A stretch of DNA of 64,000 nucleotides from the NCBI RefSeq assembly GCF_009914755.1, contig NC_060926.1; one strand, written 5' to 3'. The position numbers and the translations under genes are program-made. This DNA comes from the human T2T-CHM13v2.0 reference genome, Homo sapiens. Below are positions 61,251 to 64,000 of the stretch, one piece after another; position 1 is the stretch's first letter, and each line of letters starts with the position of its first letter. Under the pieces are notes generated by a model that was not told the DNA's origin, ran no database searches, and was given only the letters and a program-made list of their open reading frames with translations.

Positions 61251-63142
61251 TCAGGAAAGCCACATTGCTGTTATTTTTAAAGACTTGATTCAAAGGTTGT
61301 CTGTTAAAAATTCAAGGAATATACAAACAGCTGATTTAATATTTCCTCTAAGTCTGCATTTCCATGCTGGAGAAAAGGGAGATAACTTACAGGGAGAGGA
61401 CTTAAAGCCCCCTTTCTTTCCAATACATTCTTGGGAGAGAATGGATGACCACACATGCAGGAAATATATTCATTGGAAGGCCTGAGGGGGTGAGTTTATA
61501 GTGTGCTCACCAGGCTGAGCAAGAAAAAATAGAAGGAGCACTTGGCAGACATGGAGACAGAGACCTGAAGTCTCATCCCTAATTCTACCTTGAACTCTAA
61601 TCTTAGGAATGCCATTGGTAACCTCCCTGGGCTGTATCTGCATGTTGGAAACATGGTGACATTCCCTGTCGCTGTCATTTCCTAAAGCTCTGGCATCCGA
61701 GACCTTTTGGTCTCACTGAGCAGGTATCACAGAGGGTCGGGGCTCTGCGGTGGTTTACCTAGAGAAAAACAACAACGGAGCTGAAATCTGGCTCCCTGCC
61801 CAATCCACTGTGCGGACTCTGACTCTCATCCCCACCCCTAACCTTCTAAGTTCCAGAGGAAAGATCAGGGCTGCAGAACATGTTTCTGTGTAAGCCAAAA
61901 GAGAGAGCTGTCTGCTGGTGCTCCATCAGCTACTGAATGCTCCAGCTCACACTGACTGACAGGTCTTCCTAGAGCTTGTGCAAAGCCCCAGTGCAGAAAA
62001 AGCAAACAAACAAACAAAACCCCCCAAAAAACTTGCCCTCTAATTTAGGGGGCATCAAGAGAGTGTTTGTAAGGCTGAACTGGCATCAGGTTTCACTACC
62101 CTGATATTCACTTATATATCATGCTATCGACTTTTTTAAGTTTAAGGAAGCTGTTATGAGATTAAAGGAGCATGTCAATGCAGAAAGATTTACAGGTGTA
62201 CCTCACTTTCAGCAAACTGAATATCTGAAAACCAGTGTAGTACAAAAGATAAATTTGCAAAATAATTCATTTCACTCCCACTTTGAGTAATTGGTTTACC
62301 ATCTACATTTAAAATACAAACTGATTTTCCACAATTTGTTTTACATAAAACATAGTAAGCACATAGGAGCTGCATATAGAGAGATGTACAGGGAACTAAC
62401 AAATCAGTATTTGGACACCACTGCAAAGGATGGAAATGAAGATTTCCCTGATTTTAAAAGTGTTCATTGACTACAGGAGCTAAAAAAGACTTCTAATAAT
62501 TTGCAAGTTATAAACAATCTTTATGCAAAGAGGGTTAGTAGTTTGGAATTTTTTTTGAAGTTTTCTCCTAGCTCCTTCTTTGGGTTTCTCACATTCAGTT
62601 ATCTCAGGAAGGACATCAAAAGACTCCATTTTAAAATCACAGTGGTAGGTGTTTTAAGCATACTTTCACATCCCAGGTAAACATTTAACACCTGTGCACA
62701 CATAGACATACACATTGGAGACCTAAGATACTCACAAAGGAGACAATACCAACAGAGCTGTGCTCCAATAATCAATTTTCCATCATGCTACCTGAAGAGC
62801 CATTCATTCCAGAATACCATCCCCAGTGTTTGAAATGCCAACCTTTTCACTTTCAGTCAGCTTTGGGAACCCTAACCTGTTGGTTGCCGGAACAGAAGAG
62901 CTCTCAAATGCCTTTGCCAAGCATGTTTCTCTGTGGATAGAGACAGGTTAAATACATACATTTTACATTGCAGGAGAAATTTAGAACACCTCTTGGGTAA
63001 GCTTCCTGGATCCCTATCCGTGGAGTTTCTTAAGGATAGCATAACTGTCTCTCATTCCTGAATGAGAATTCCTAGCATTACAGAGTAAACTGCATTAGAA
63101 TTCTGAGTATCTTATGATACTGATGAAATGCTCTTTCACATC

Positions 63143-63216
63143 CAAAACAAACAAACAAACAAACACAAACCAACGAACCAACCAACCAAACAACAACAAC
63201 AACTACAACAACAAAC
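63143..63216. repeat. (CAAA)n/(CCAA)n/(CAA)n compound simple repeat
   Basis: 'caaaacaaacaaacaaacaaac...caaccaaccaacaacaacaacaactacaacaacaaac'. Confidence 0.85.
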
Positions 63217-63713
63217 TGGAGAGTTGCAGTGGGAGCAGAAAGTCCCAGAATCCTCTAGGTGTACTTAAAACAGGAAGGCAACAAGAGGCTGTCTGACAGA
63301 AAAACAGGCCTGGAGGAATTTACAAAGCCCCTTCCAGGGTCTAGTCCTTTGACCAAACCCTAGGTATTGTTTGCAGCCTGCAAGGGTAAAGGGGAGAAGG
63401 AATATATGGAAAGGAGCAAAGCAGAAGTTGAAAGTGTCAGGAAGATGAGTGGAGAAGAGATGAAGAAAGGGGAGTTAAATGAAGAAAAGGGGGATGTGTG
63501 TTGAAAGGAAGAGAGAGAGTGATGGGTAAAAAAGAGGAAAAAAAGTTGAAATACATAAGATGAAGTTCCCCATCAACAAATGACTCAGTTGATCAGTAAA
63601 AAAACCCTCAGAGTGGCCAATCTTCCACTTGACCCATACCCCACCCAGTTCCAAACCTCACAGCAATGCCATGGTCCTCTATGAGCACTTTCTCGCCTTT
63701 TCACAAAGGCTAA

Positions 63714-63722
63714 TCTCACCTA
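63714..63722 (-). other. TACR1: 5' splice donor of TACR1 intron 1 (TAG|GTGAGA; GT at 63719-63718)
   Basis: Near-consensus donor located exactly where receptor homology ends, inside the Arg codon of DRY. Confidence 0.95.
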
Positions 63723-64000
63723 TCAAAGGCCACAGCCGTCATGGAGTAGATACTGGCGAAGACAGCGGCGATGGGGAAGAAGTTGTGGAACTTGCAGTAG
63801 AACAGGCCGTAGTACCATTCGTTGTGGACAGCATAGGTGAAGTTCACCACTGTATTGAATGCAGCCATGGAGGCCTCCGCGAAGGCCAGGTTCACCAGAA
63901 AATAGTTCGTCACTGTCCTCATTCTTTTGTGGGCTAAGATGATCCACATCACTACCACGTTGCCCACCACAGAGGTCACCACAATGACCGTGTAGGCAGC
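63720..64000 (-). CDS. TACR1: Tachykinin receptor 1 (NK1 receptor), coding exon 1, partial (5' end lies beyond the window)
   Basis: The minus strand translates as [94 protein letters not shown], matching TM1-TM3 of human NK1R as I recall it (GN in TM1, NLAxA in TM2, Cys at the top of TM3, DR of DRY). The exon ends GAT AG|GTGAGA, a phase-2 donor. Confidence 0.98.

Noticed and set aside
63629-63947. 102-aa plus-strand ORF and 74-aa alternative minus-strand frame over TACR1 exon 1
   Set aside because: Shadow ORFs of a GC3-rich coding exon.

Overview
Human genomic DNA (young AluY/AluYc1, THE1 and L1PA elements) from the TACR1 locus (tachykinin receptor 1, NK1/substance-P receptor), which lies on the minus strand. 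The only protein-coding sequence is the 3' part of coding exon 1 (63720-64000; residues ~A37-R130, TM1-TM3), ending at a GT donor that splits the Arg codon of the DRY motif. Everything from 1 to 63719 is TACR1 intron 1 and is dense in repeats: nine Alus, a 5'-truncated L1PA, two THE1 proviruses with 5-bp TSDs, several MLT1 LTRs, MADE1, Tigger2/3, MER58B, MER20B, and old L1M, L2 and MIR fragments. The remaining ORFs in the track derive from repeats or chance. I see no prokaryote-type system, CRISPR array or RNA gene. The best leads are: (i) a 116-bp (GC)12(AC)46 Z-DNA-type tract flanked by a TATA-like box and a consensus plus-strand splice donor, which with strong downstream plus-strand acceptors suggests a spliced antisense transcript; (ii) the same tract read as (UG)46 next to a possible in-frame cryptic micro-exon; (iii) a consensus-identical, probably polymorphic AluYc1; (iv) THE1 oddities (DUX4 sites, an orphan 43-bp internal fragment, mismatched LTR ends). 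Repeat family and subfamily calls come from remembered consensus sequences, not a RepeatMasker run; boundaries of old repeats are approximate.
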